IMG/VR virus record: IMGVR_UViG_3300025851_000003 | Location: 1-45,006 of that record | Direction: 5' to 3' (one strand) | Length of the DNA stretch: 45,006 nucleotides | Source: a virus | The notes under the pieces: model-generated | Told to the model about the DNA's origin: nothing | Database searches by the model: none | The model's input: only the letters and a program-made list of their open reading frames with translations | Made by a program: the position numbers and the translations under genes | Shown: piece after piece, positions 22,802 to 32,552 of the stretch | Layout of the letters: each line of letters begins with the position of its first letter | Numbering within the stretch: position 1 is the first letter of the stretch

Positions 22802-24459
22802 CGTAGAACTCCTGCCTCAATATTGAACAGCTTACGAATGTAGTCTAGACTAGACTCGTGTTCATCCTTCCATAGATACGGATACTTATTAGCTAGTCCT
22901 GCCATAGACTGCACACTAGCTTGCATTAAGGAGTCAACACCTGTCCCCGATGCACGTATCGTCTTAACTATACTGCCCACCCCAAACGCTCCTCTATTCC
23001 TTACAGCTTCTACTTCTTGAATATCGAAATCACTTGGTACGTTGCCTTGAGCAAGTATTAAGTTAGCTTTAGCTTGTCTCACAACACCTTCCAGACTACT
23101 TTCCAACGGCTTACGCCACTGTTCTGGATTACGTGCAATCAAAGCTGGGTATTCACCCTTACCTAGTAGTGCAATAGAGGTGGGGCTGTCGATAGCCGCA
23201 TCCTTAAACAACTGCTCAGCTTGTGGATTAACTTTCAAGCCTTCCTCTACTACACTTCCTAAGTTCTTAGAACCTAACATAGTTATAAAACCAGCAGTCT
23301 CAGCTAATTTCTCTTCAGGGTCACTTGCACCGAATAAGGAGTTAACACCCTTACCCATGACGTGAGCTATGTCCTGTTCAAACTGTCCTACCATACCCGA
23401 AACCTTCTTAAAGAAGGGATCATTCTCTAGAACAATACCTAATTCATCGTTCCCTTGGAATGCAGTAAGTAACTTAGTAACACCTACCTCTCCCATGCTA
23501 TCCTTAACAGCCTTTAAAGCACCGAAGTTCTTTAATACAGCACTATCAAAGTTATTCTTTAGGATAGACTGGTTATCCTTAACGATATTTAACATGGCGC
23601 TATCGTCCATCAAACCTTTAAGAGAGAATATAGTATCATCAACCTCTTTACGTGCATCCTGATAAGCACGAGCTGATATCTTTGTACCACCAGCCATTCT
23701 CTGTAACTGCTTATGTAACTTAGATTCAATCAGAGGAAGCTGTTGCTTGTATTCTAAGAGGCGTTGAGGTGATAGAGCACCATTGGTATTAACATCAGCT
23801 ATAAGCGCCTGAGAGAGGTTCATACGAGCCTCATTGGATGCAGACGAAGCGAATGATAGATACTCATCACCATTAAGCTCACGTCTAGCCTTAGTTAATG
23901 CTATCTTCTTCTGATCAAACATCATCTGCTCATTATCTTCGATGCGTTGTTCAGCTAATTCCTCAGATACACCAAGCTTAAGAGCTGTTGATGTGACATT
24001 GGCACGATACTCGGCCTCTGCCTTCTCCTCAGCAGTAGGTGTGAAGATGGATGCACCAGCACCTCCGAAGAACTTGTTGTATTCCTTCTGAATGTCATCA
24101 GCGAAGAAGGCATTATCATTCTTTGCTGTCTTTAAGATAGAAGTAGCACGAGCCTTAGCCTGTGCAAGTGGTAAGCCTGCCTTACGAGCAGCAGCCAACT
24201 TACCTAAGCTATTAATACTGTCGTTAGCCATAGACTGTCCAACCTCGTCAACCTCCTCCATAGAAGCTAGAGCCTCTTTAGGGACGATATCAAGGCTACC
24301 ATCTGTAAGAGAGGCGACAGCTAGTTGCCGTCCCCCCTCCACTGCTAATCCACCAATCTTACTGATTAAATCAGCACCTGATGTGTCAACATTAGCACCC
24401 TGTACGAAAGTGTTAGCTGTAGTATCTGATAGTTGTGGAGCGAATATATTACTGGCCAT
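22798..24459 (-). CDS. Internal virion / ejection protein candidate (553 aa)
   Basis: ORF track. Sits at the end of the tail and internal-protein block, as T7 gp15/gp16 do. No enzymatic motif recognised. Confidence 0.6.
   Translation of the reverse strand: MASNIFAPQLSDTTANTFVQGANVDTSGADLISKIGGLAVEGGRQLAVASLTDGSLDIVPKEALASMEEVDEVGQSMANDSINSLGKLAAARKAGLPLAQAKARATSILKTAKNDNAFFADDIQKEYNKFFGGAGASIFTPTAEEKAEAEYRANVTSTALKLGVSEELAEQRIEDNEQMMFDQKKIALTKARRELNGDEYLSFASSASNEARMNLSQALIADVNTNGALSPQRLLEYKQQLPLIESKLHKQLQRMAGGTKISARAYQDARKEVDDTIFSLKGLMDDSAMLNIVKDNQSILKNNFDSAVLKNFGALKAVKDSMGEVGVTKLLTAFQGNDELGIVLENDPFFKKVSGMVGQFEQDIAHVMGKGVNSLFGASDPEEKLAETAGFITMLGSKNLGSVVEEGLKVNPQAEQLFKDAAIDSPTSIALLGKGEYPALIARNPEQWRKPLESSLEGVVRQAKANLILAQGNVPSDFDIQEVEAVRNRGAFGVGSIVKTIRASGTGVDSLMQASVQSMAGLANKYPYLWKDEHESSLDYIRKLFNIEAGVLR
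22840..22853. repeat. Palindrome family, GTAGTCTAGACTAG (1 mismatch)
   Basis: The only copy in the structural arm. Read on the minus strand as S-L-D-Y near the C-terminus of the 553-aa protein. Confidence 0.7.
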
Positions 24460-27400
24460 TGTTAGCCTCCTCTAGTTTCTCAATTACATTTGAGTTAAGC
24501 TGACTGCCAGCTCTCATGAACTCGCTACCCGCATTCTCTAATATCTTACGTATCTGCTTACCTTGTGGATCATTAGGACGTGCAAGACGTGTCTTAACAC
24601 CCTTCATAATATCCCTTCTATCCTTCTCAGAACCAAACGCTGTTAACATAGCCTCAATACCTAGCTGATAACCACGCGTCTTCTCTCCGCCAGTCTCTGC
24701 ATCCCTAATCATAGGTAGGTACATATTAACAATACCTGTTACAGCGTCCTTCTTGGCTTTCTGATAGCGCTTATTATCCATCTCAGCTTCCCAGTACTGT
24801 GCATACTCCTTATTACCAAAACCTAAGCCTTGCATAACAAGTGTCTGCATGTTCTGATCTTCCTGATAGATATACTTACCTGTCTTAGTACGGAAAGGTT
24901 GACCATTAGCTAATGACATAGCCAATAGAACGTTACGACTAGAAGCAGGTACACTAGCAAGAGACTCAGATACCAACTTAGTAAGTTGACCAACATCCTT
25001 AAATGACAGTTCCTCAGTACGGTATCCTATCTTAGCAGCGTTCAATGCTGTAGCTACTACATTCCATGCACGTTCGACCGTACTAGCAGATGGCCCTAAC
25101 AATATCTTAGGAGCCTCTGATTGATCGAACATAACCTCTTCAATCTTATCAAAGACTTGTCCACCAATAGCAGCACGTGAAGTTAATGATGTATTCATGT
25201 CAAGTATGTCCTGTGCGAACCAACCTAACACACCCTCTTTAGCTAATGCTAATGCTTCAGGGCTCATATCCTCAGCACTTACGTCCTTCATGATCTGATT
25301 GAATATAGTGTCAGCTCCAACAACACCAGCAGTACCAAAGATACCACCTTGTAGAGCAAACATACTTATCTTCTCTTTAAAGGTAAAGTTCTGACCGCCT
25401 AATGCTTCCATGAACTTGGCGTTAACTTGCATAAACTGTGTAGGTACAGCCATATTACCTTTCTGCCATGCAGCCTTGTTAGCTGGAGACATTTGTAATC
25501 GTAACTGTTCAGTACGAGAGATGATCTGTTGTAATGCAGAATCATCAACAGCCTTATTAGGGTTGTTAGCCTTCCACTTACTCAGTGCTGTGTTGAATGA
25601 GACACGCATGTTAGCAAGTTCACCCATCTTATAGAACACTGTGTGTGTACCAGCCATCTTCTTAATCATACCAGCACTATAAGGTAGCCCCTGCATAACG
25701 TTAGCTACATCAGCGTTACCTGCCAACACACTCTCCTGCATACCAGTCTTCAACCATAACTTATGATCAGCTGCAATGTCAGTGCCCAAGTCTAACTCCT
25801 TCTTATTAGAGAGGAACTTACCTAGTGTTTCACGTTGCTTAGGATCGTTTAAGTTATCCATCATCCAAAATGCTAATGAACGAGGGAATGATTTAACTGC
25901 ATGCACTGGATGAACAGATAATGCGATAGTAGCACCCATTGCTTGTACAAATATCTGGGCTGGATTCCAAGTACCTAGCATAGTAGTAAATGTAGCCTTA
26001 CGAATCAACGTAGCTGGGTCAATTACATCTGCACTCAGTACCTTCTTAGCTGACTTAGACCATCCAGCCTTCTCAAGCTTAACTCCAACTGCTCTTTGTA
26101 GCCCTTGAACTCTCTGAGAAGCCTTGTCAGGTGCTTTAACCATGTCACTGATATGATCATGTGCATTAAGTAACTTCGTACGAGCAGCAGGCTTAGAGGT
26201 AGACGAGTCAACAACAGCTCTTGCATCAGCAAATGAACCACCGAAGCCATGTTCAAGTAAACCCTTGTTACGAGCATCATTCATCCATGCCTTTTGGATA
26301 CCAATCTTATACTCAGCTTGTGGATAACGGTTGCCAATGTGTTGTGTATAGTTTTGAATAGCTTCAATAGCATCAACACGCTCACCTTCCTTCCCATCTA
26401 AACCGAACTTAAGTATTTCATCCCCACGCTTACCGGTATATAGACCACCGAACTGCTCAACACCGTCAGTATCAAGTCCCATAGGTGTGGTTTCGCCATC
26501 AGCCATGATATGGTACATCTTTTCATCGAACTCTTCCCCCTTAAGTAATGCATCTTCCTTCATACGACCTAAGTGTACAACAGCATCAGCATTATTATCA
26601 AAGTAACGGATAGTACGACGACCTACGTTGGCTATCTTACCATCAATTGATTCACGTCTATCCTGTTTAAGGAAGAAGTGGTTATTCTTATATGTACGTG
26701 TTACATAACCCTCTGCTCTATTCAATACTTGTGCTGGTAATTCGTTAACTTCATCCTTACGAACCATAGCCCAAGCTGCTTGTGTATCTCCTACCTTATA
26801 ATACTCTCCCATAGTATCACCACGGACTAAGGTGTAACCCTTGTCATAGAACTCTGCTATGTCCTCGTCAGTCATATGAGTGACTGAGGTTCCACGTCCT
26901 TTAGGTGGCTTAGGAATAGATACCATGTTCTTAGCACTCTCACGATAAGCTGCCTTAGCTGCACCAACACTATCCATAGGCACAGTAATAAACTTAGTAC
27001 CATCAATAGTAATCTCCTTAGCACCCTTAGCTACTAAAGTCTTACGTGTCTCAATATTCTTAACCTTCCATGCATTGTCCATTACACGGCGCATACCTGC
27101 ATAAGCTTCATACTCTTTATCAGACATACGGTTTGCACCCATGCCATCTAATACAGCTTCCTTATAAGAGAACACCTTAGCCTCTGCATCACCCTTTTGT
27201 AATGTAGTTGATACGTTAGTAGCCTCAGTCTTAGTTAAGCCACTAGCAGCTACGTTAATAGCCTTGTTGAAGCCATCCTTAATCTTACTTGACTGGAACA
27301 TAATACGTTCAAATGGCTGGACTATACGAGCAGCATCTCTACCTTGTACTAAATTAGGAGAGGCTATATAAGAGAATGTATCTCCTCCTACCATTGCACC

Positions 27401-28831
27401 ATCCTCAATGAAACCATCACCTACATCATTAACTGTGAACGGGATCTCATTACTCTTGCCTTTAACCATCGTGCCATCAGGTTGAGGGATCTCAAAATTA
27501 ATAGTAGTACCAGACTTAGACTGTTTGAATGTAACGTTCTCAATGTCAGGGTTCTTAAAGAATGGTTTAGCAGCCTTCTGACTTGCCTTAAGCTTATCAT
27601 TAGCTGTAAGACCTAAACCCTCATCAACAATGTTAACAGCTTCATCAGCTAAACTGTCTATCTCGGCTAACTCATTACGTATCTTAGAAGCTACACCAGT
27701 AGGAGCACCCTCTAACATATCAGCAATAGCATCTGTGCGTGGATCAGCAGCCGCAGCAGCGTGTGCTTGTGGAACACCCATAGCCTTAGCACCATCTGGT
27801 GAACGCATAGCTGTGTCAGCTACCATAGAGATTGTCTTAGCTTCTTCAACCTTACTAAGTGAGTGTAAATTGCTTAAGCCACGTATCGTCTTCATGATAC
27901 GACCGCCTATACCAAGACCCACTAATGCAACATCAACCTTATCTACCGCTAAGTCTAGTTCTAACGTAGTCTCAGAATCATGACCAGCAATACCCATCAA
28001 CAGCATTACCTGTTTAACCTTGTTGCTTTCAATATCTTCCATCTGCTCAGCTAAGGAGTTAAAGAAGTTCATACGTTGTTTAATAGGTAACTCATTGTTA
28101 CCAACAACAGAGCGAACCTTTAATATGAACTCTGCACTGTTAATGTAGTTGGCAGTATAAGCATCATCACCTAAGCTAGCACCTAGTTCAGCTGCGTTGT
28201 AGCTCATATCAGGAACAAACAACAGACCAGCTAGATCTAATGCCATCTCGCTACCTGTGTAATCCTCGTCCATTATGGCAGCTATCTTATCTTGTGTATA
28301 TTTAGCGAATGCGATATCATCTATCTCATCAGCTGTCATGTTAGTACCATTATCTAATGCCATAGCATAACCACGGTACTTGTTTAATACGTTATCAGTT
28401 GCACCTAGCTTAGCTATATCGTCTCTGTAATCTTGTTGCATCTGCAAAGCATCCTCAGTGAGGAACTCATTAGCATCCTCTGTAAGGATATCAAATGCAT
28501 CTACAGTCTCTTGTTCTACATCACCCCATGCTAGTGAATGAATCTTATCTCTTGCCTCTTCAGGTGTCAGTGTGGTAGCCTCATCATACGACTCAACAAA
28601 ACCTGTACCACGAGACATACCTACAATAGCAGCATTAGTAGCAGCAAACTGTTGTTGGTTAGCCGCAGATGTAACACTCACATCGTACATGTTTAAAGGA
28701 GCTTCCTCTTCAAAGAAGCTAACTGGCATATCAGTCTCTTCGAAGTCACCCTCATAGAATTCTTTCTCAGGAGCCACTACAGGAGCAGGTGCCTGTGTGT
28801 TCTCTTCCTGTCCTGTAATTTCTTCTGGCAT
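24449..28831 (-). CDS. Large internal virion protein candidate (1460 aa)
   Basis: ORF track. AGGAG upstream. Size and position after the tail tubular genes resemble T7 gp16-class core proteins. No catalytic motif recognised by eye. Confidence 0.65.
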   Translation of the reverse strand: MPEEITGQEENTQAPAPVVAPEKEFYEGDFEETDMPVSFFEEEAPLNMYDVSVTSAANQQQFAATNAAIVGMSRGTGFVESYDEATTLTPEEARDKIHSLAWGDVEQETVDAFDILTEDANEFLTEDALQMQQDYRDDIAKLGATDNVLNKYRGYAMALDNGTNMTADEIDDIAFAKYTQDKIAAIMDEDYTGSEMALDLAGLLFVPDMSYNAAELGASLGDDAYTANYINSAEFILKVRSVVGNNELPIKQRMNFFNSLAEQMEDIESNKVKQVMLLMGIAGHDSETTLELDLAVDKVDVALVGLGIGGRIMKTIRGLSNLHSLSKVEEAKTISMVADTAMRSPDGAKAMGVPQAHAAAAADPRTDAIADMLEGAPTGVASKIRNELAEIDSLADEAVNIVDEGLGLTANDKLKASQKAAKPFFKNPDIENVTFKQSKSGTTINFEIPQPDGTMVKGKSNEIPFTVNDVGDGFIEDGAMVGGDTFSYIASPNLVQGRDAARIVQPFERIMFQSSKIKDGFNKAINVAASGLTKTEATNVSTTLQKGDAEAKVFSYKEAVLDGMGANRMSDKEYEAYAGMRRVMDNAWKVKNIETRKTLVAKGAKEITIDGTKFITVPMDSVGAAKAAYRESAKNMVSIPKPPKGRGTSVTHMTDEDIAEFYDKGYTLVRGDTMGEYYKVGDTQAAWAMVRKDEVNELPAQVLNRAEGYVTRTYKNNHFFLKQDRRESIDGKIANVGRRTIRYFDNNADAVVHLGRMKEDALLKGEEFDEKMYHIMADGETTPMGLDTDGVEQFGGLYTGKRGDEILKFGLDGKEGERVDAIEAIQNYTQHIGNRYPQAEYKIGIQKAWMNDARNKGLLEHGFGGSFADARAVVDSSTSKPAARTKLLNAHDHISDMVKAPDKASQRVQGLQRAVGVKLEKAGWSKSAKKVLSADVIDPATLIRKATFTTMLGTWNPAQIFVQAMGATIALSVHPVHAVKSFPRSLAFWMMDNLNDPKQRETLGKFLSNKKELDLGTDIAADHKLWLKTGMQESVLAGNADVANVMQGLPYSAGMIKKMAGTHTVFYKMGELANMRVSFNTALSKWKANNPNKAVDDSALQQIISRTEQLRLQMSPANKAAWQKGNMAVPTQFMQVNAKFMEALGGQNFTFKEKISMFALQGGIFGTAGVVGADTIFNQIMKDVSAEDMSPEALALAKEGVLGWFAQDILDMNTSLTSRAAIGGQVFDKIEEVMFDQSEAPKILLGPSASTVERAWNVVATALNAAKIGYRTEELSFKDVGQLTKLVSESLASVPASSRNVLLAMSLANGQPFRTKTGKYIYQEDQNMQTLVMQGLGFGNKEYAQYWEAEMDNKRYQKAKKDAVTGIVNMYLPMIRDAETGGEKTRGYQLGIEAMLTAFGSEKDRRDIMKGVKTRLARPNDPQGKQIRKILENAGSEFMRAGSQLNSNVIEKLEEANNGQ

Positions 28832-28840
28832 ATATTACTC

Positions 28841-29257
28841 CTATAAAAATAAGTTATCTAATCGTGTATCATTTGCCAAGGCTAAACCACCTACAGCACC
28901 AACAGTGGCACCAACAGATCGTGCATCAGCAGCACCAGATAAAGCAGTACTTGCCTCATCAGCTAACTCAGTTGTAGTAGCCAAGAAGTTTAAGTTGCTT
29001 CCAAGTTGTGAGGCGATAGATGTACTAGCAGCAATCACATTAGATGATGTACCGCTACCAGTAGCAGCACCAGCAGCTTCTACCTCTGCACTAGCTATCT
29101 GTGCCTCTTGAACAGCAGCACGTCTCTTACGAGCTTCCTGAGCCCTAGCAATACGCCTCTGAGCTCTAGCTGCCTTGTTCTGTTTACCTATTGCAATATT
29201 CTCTTGCCGCTTCTGGAATATAGCGGAACCCGCAGCAATTGCTAATCCTATTGCCAT
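28841..29257 (-). CDS. Small Ala-rich virion protein candidate (138 aa)
   Basis: ORF track. N-terminal hydrophobic AIGLAIAAGSAIF, then a basic helix. In a gp13/gp14-like position. Confidence 0.5.
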   Translation of the reverse strand: MAIGLAIAAGSAIFQKRQENIAIGKQNKAARAQRRIARAQEARKRRAAVQEAQIASAEVEAAGAATGSGTSSNVIAASTSIASQLGSNLNFLATTTELADEASTALSGAADARSVGATVGAVGGLALANDTRLDNLFL

Positions 29258-29267
29258 CTCTTTTCTC

Positions 29268-31433
29268 CTATGTCTTAGTGTTACCTAACATGTGCAAGTT
29301 AAGTCCGTATAGATGACAGTGACTGCCCTCTGTTCTTATCGAGACGCTAAGTGCATTACCCGAACCTCGTAGCTTACTTCGTGTCTCAACAACACCCTTA
29401 CCGTAAATATACGGGCCATTCATTGTAGGCATGTTCACACGCTTCAATCTATAAGCTTGGAACTCAGTACTATACTTGTTTGAATCTTCATGGTCTGCGA
29501 AATCCCAAGCCACACGAGTCAAACAACTAGATTGATCCTCTAACCCAAATTCCCCAACACTGCGTTCCGTCTGTCTGAAGTACATATTCAAGAAGGTTGC
29601 TTGCTTACGCTTACTACCATCACCGAATGTACTTATGTTAGTAGTCATACTAGCATGAGCCTTGTTACCATCAGTAATGTATGTACGAAACTGATTAAAA
29701 GCTGAGTTGAATGTCTGTATATCCATGTTACTGTCACCGTCAGTGCTTTGTAACTTAGTAGGTATATATATCAGAGGGATATCTGTAGCTGCATCTAAGT
29801 TACCTGATCCTATAGTAGCTGTAACGAATGCACCTAACTTAACGTTCAAGTGTAATTCTTTATACTCTGTCTCACCAGACACCAAGTATATCCACTTAGC
29901 ATAACCTTGAACCGCATCATAACCAGCTGCATATATAGTAACATCTACTAATGTTCTATACAATGAATCGATATTACCTGACACTGTTTGTTCAGCTAGG
30001 CGTCCTGTTCTCTCATCAGGTACTAACATCTTGATACCAGACTTAGCCCAATACATAATGTTACCCTCTACTAAGACGACACTTAGCATGTCAATAACTT
30101 CCTCAGTAGATATACGTCGTACCGAGTAATCAGTTGACTTGAAGATTGTATCAGAACTTATCTCCCACACACCAGTGGATGAGAATATTAATAACTTATT
30201 ACCTACTGATCTCATACCGTGAGCTAAACCGATATTAGGTAATGATACGAAACCACCGTCTGTTGCAAGAACAGAGTTAGCCTCAGCAGCTGTTAAGTCA
30301 TTATGAGAGTGACACTTAACAATAGATGTATGATCCACAATAGATTGAGAATATAATAACATCGTATTTAAATCTGGACTAAGGGCGTCACCATCTGTAA
30401 CACCGAAACCAACACCTATATAGAAGACTCGTCCTTCATGTGCTTGTGTGATAAAGCGACCTGATTGACTTGCATCAACTATTGTATGTGAGTTTGTATA
30501 TGATACAGTAGAGATAGGTGAGCCAACAGGAAGTGCGTTCCGTTCTACTACAGTATAGACTTGTGAGGAACTAGGAACTGTTCCCATATATGAATCACGA
30601 CTAGCTCCACGCTTTGTTACGTTAATCTTAACCTTACCAAAAGGTGATCGACCAGTACCGTACAACTTAGCACTGTCACCAGCTAACGTATAGTCGAACT
30701 GATTAGCAGCATTCAAACCACTAGACATAGTCAGAGACTTTGTACCTTCTACGCCAGTACGAACCAACGAGGTAAGTGTATCTAATGTCCAACCACCGTT
30801 AAGCATGTTGTAATTATATTTAGATACTTGTTCGTGTTCAGAAACACTGTCACTTACGTAGAAAAGACCCTCACTGAATGTGTTAGGTAATGGCTCATCA
30901 TTATCTAAACCATCATCTATACCGAACAAGTCATTGATCAGAATAGTTTTGAAGTCACGAGTGAATGATGTTGGCCCTAAACGATCCCATGTTAAAACGT
31001 GTGTATCACCATGAGATGCACCAGCACCCTGAGCTGTTGCTATTAATAAACCAGAAGCCTCTGTAACACTTATAGGTAATCGTACATCAGTGCCGAAGTA
31101 TGAATACACAAGAGCACCTATACCAGTATCCTTGTTGTATTCGTAGAAGTCAGCCCTTAGCTGCATGAATACACATAACAAAGGTTGTGTTGACTCGGAA
31201 GGATTCTCCCATATATAAAGATGAGGTTGAAATGTATCAGTCACATCTCTGGTACTAACAGCTGACTGTCTAAAGGTGTACTCATTGCGAGCTTCAATAG
31301 AACCATCTGTATGTAGTACCCAGTTTTCTAGCGCACTGGCAGTTGAGATGTCTCCACTTAAAGGATTCACCTCAGTAACAAGACCCTTACTAAAGCTCTT
31401 TAGTTCCACGTTTGCTTGACTTTGCGACATCAA
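29268..31433 (-). CDS. Tail tubular protein B / nozzle candidate (721 aa, gp12-like by position)
   Basis: ORF track. Large beta-rich protein just downstream of the gp11-like gene. Confidence 0.6.
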   Translation of the reverse strand: MMSQSQANVELKSFSKGLVTEVNPLSGDISTASALENWVLHTDGSIEARNEYTFRQSAVSTRDVTDTFQPHLYIWENPSESTQPLLCVFMQLRADFYEYNKDTGIGALVYSYFGTDVRLPISVTEASGLLIATAQGAGASHGDTHVLTWDRLGPTSFTRDFKTILINDLFGIDDGLDNDEPLPNTFSEGLFYVSDSVSEHEQVSKYNYNMLNGGWTLDTLTSLVRTGVEGTKSLTMSSGLNAANQFDYTLAGDSAKLYGTGRSPFGKVKINVTKRGASRDSYMGTVPSSSQVYTVVERNALPVGSPISTVSYTNSHTIVDASQSGRFITQAHEGRVFYIGVGFGVTDGDALSPDLNTMLLYSQSIVDHTSIVKCHSHNDLTAAEANSVLATDGGFVSLPNIGLAHGMRSVGNKLLIFSSTGVWEISSDTIFKSTDYSVRRISTEEVIDMLSVVLVEGNIMYWAKSGIKMLVPDERTGRLAEQTVSGNIDSLYRTLVDVTIYAAGYDAVQGYAKWIYLVSGETEYKELHLNVKLGAFVTATIGSGNLDAATDIPLIYIPTKLQSTDGDSNMDIQTFNSAFNQFRTYITDGNKAHASMTTNISTFGDGSKRKQATFLNMYFRQTERSVGEFGLEDQSSCLTRVAWDFADHEDSNKYSTEFQAYRLKRVNMPTMNGPYIYGKGVVETRSKLRGSGNALSVSIRTEGSHCHLYGLNLHMLGNTKT

Positions 31434-31596
31434 TCTTCTCCCCTAGATACTTTATAATAGCCTTCTCAGCTTCAGGTACGCTCGTGTACTGACCGTTAAG
31501 CGCAGCAGGTACCTCACCCCCACCCTCAAAGTAAACTACCTTCAGTGAACCGTATGGTGCGTTACGTACTTTTAACTCTTTAGTTTCTTTAGACAT
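31390..31596 (-). CDS. Small hypothetical protein (68 aa)
   Basis: ORF track. Overlaps the start of the 721-aa gene by 44 nt. Confidence 0.5.
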   Translation of the reverse strand: MSKETKELKVRNAPYGSLKVVYFEGGGEVPAALNGQYTSVPEAEKAIIKYLGEKIDVAKSSKRGTKEL

Positions 31597-31607
31597 ATGT
31601 GTATCTC

Positions 31608-32414
31608 CTAGTGACCAGTTGTATTAGGGAACAGTGGAGATCGGTAAATAGATGGTGAGTAACTCTTTCGGGAGCCCCGACCATAGTTTTGGTAACGTAC
31701 ACCACCACCTACTTTCCAATCATTCTGTGATATCCATCTCTGTTGGGATTGACTTCTTTGTTCTGCTTTAGCATCTTGTACTTGTCGTAGCTTTAAACTA
31801 CATGCACTCTTCGCCTCTTCAACCAATAAGATGAATGCTTCATCAGGCATAGAGGGTGTGAAGCCATCAGTCATACTAAACGTATTCTGTTCATAGCCAA
31901 TACATTGAGTACGAACTTGAACCAATGTGCTTTGTGTTTCTTCATCGTACGAATCAAATACTAACGTATCCTCAGAGAACGATGTGTAATACTTAGGAGC
32001 ACCTGTTTTACGTACAAGAACAGATACACCATCAACTTCCATTGTTACAGTATCTGCATCTTCAGAGTCAAACTTATTCATACGTGCTATGAAGTATTCA
32101 GGTTCTATATACCTAACTTCTTGGAAGTCTAAACGGTTAACACCAAGAGGTCGTCTATCATAGTTAATGATCTCAACCTTCTTAATGGTATCAGGTATAT
32201 ACATAACGCAAGGTAATAAACTATCACCAGAAGCATTTAGTTCAAACAACTTCTTTTGATATGCCCATTCTTTATTAGACGACAGAAATTGATACGTTGA
32301 ACGAACTATCTCAGCAACTTGTAAGGATTCAATAGTATCAGAGATACTACCAACCTCATCACCATCCATATCGTTTAATATACTTTGTACTATTTGTAGT
32401 AATGTTTGTTTCAT
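31608..32414 (-). CDS. Tail tubular protein A / adaptor candidate (268 aa, gp11-like)
   Basis: N-terminal LLQIVQSILNDMDGDEVGSISDTIESLQVAEIVRSTY resembles the T7 gp11 N-terminal pattern (VNDILASIGEPPVSTLEGD..A..A.RIL). First gene after promoter copy B. Confidence 0.6.
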   Translation of the reverse strand: MKQTLLQIVQSILNDMDGDEVGSISDTIESLQVAEIVRSTYQFLSSNKEWAYQKKLFELNASGDSLLPCVMYIPDTIKKVEIINYDRRPLGVNRLDFQEVRYIEPEYFIARMNKFDSEDADTVTMEVDGVSVLVRKTGAPKYYTSFSEDTLVFDSYDEETQSTLVQVRTQCIGYEQNTFSMTDGFTPSMPDEAFILLVEEAKSACSLKLRQVQDAKAEQRSQSQQRWISQNDWKVGGGVRYQNYGRGSRKSYSPSIYRSPLFPNTTGH

Positions 32415-32509
32415 TATTGATCCTTATAAGTAATAAGCCTCTTATCATACTGCTTCTTTATATTAAAATAAATAAGGAAGAAGTTAGTATGATTGAGGCT
32501 GTATGATTA

Positions 32510-32539
32510 ATTAGACAACTAATATTCCATTAAGTTCAA
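32510..32539 (-). promoter_or_regulatory. Conserved promoter copy B (minus strand): TTGAAC-N18-TCTAAT
   Basis: The reverse complement of 32534-32539 is TTGAAC and of 32510-32515 is TCTAAT, with an 18-nt spacer. About 100 bp, including the leader TAATCATACAGyCTCAATCATA and TTTTAATATAAAGAA, aligns with the reverse complement of 11590-11690. Confidence 0.6.
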
Positions 32540-32552
32540 TTTATTTTCAACT

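Noticed and set aside
23180-29111. Plus-strand ORFs inside the minus-strand virion genes (23180-23365, 23369-23662, 24092-24475, 25410-25634, 27630-27983, 28572-28757, 28797-29111)
   Set aside because: All lie fully within long, well-supported minus-strand genes and encode Ala/Ser/Leu-rich low-complexity products with no SD. This is the typical antisense shadow of coding sequence.
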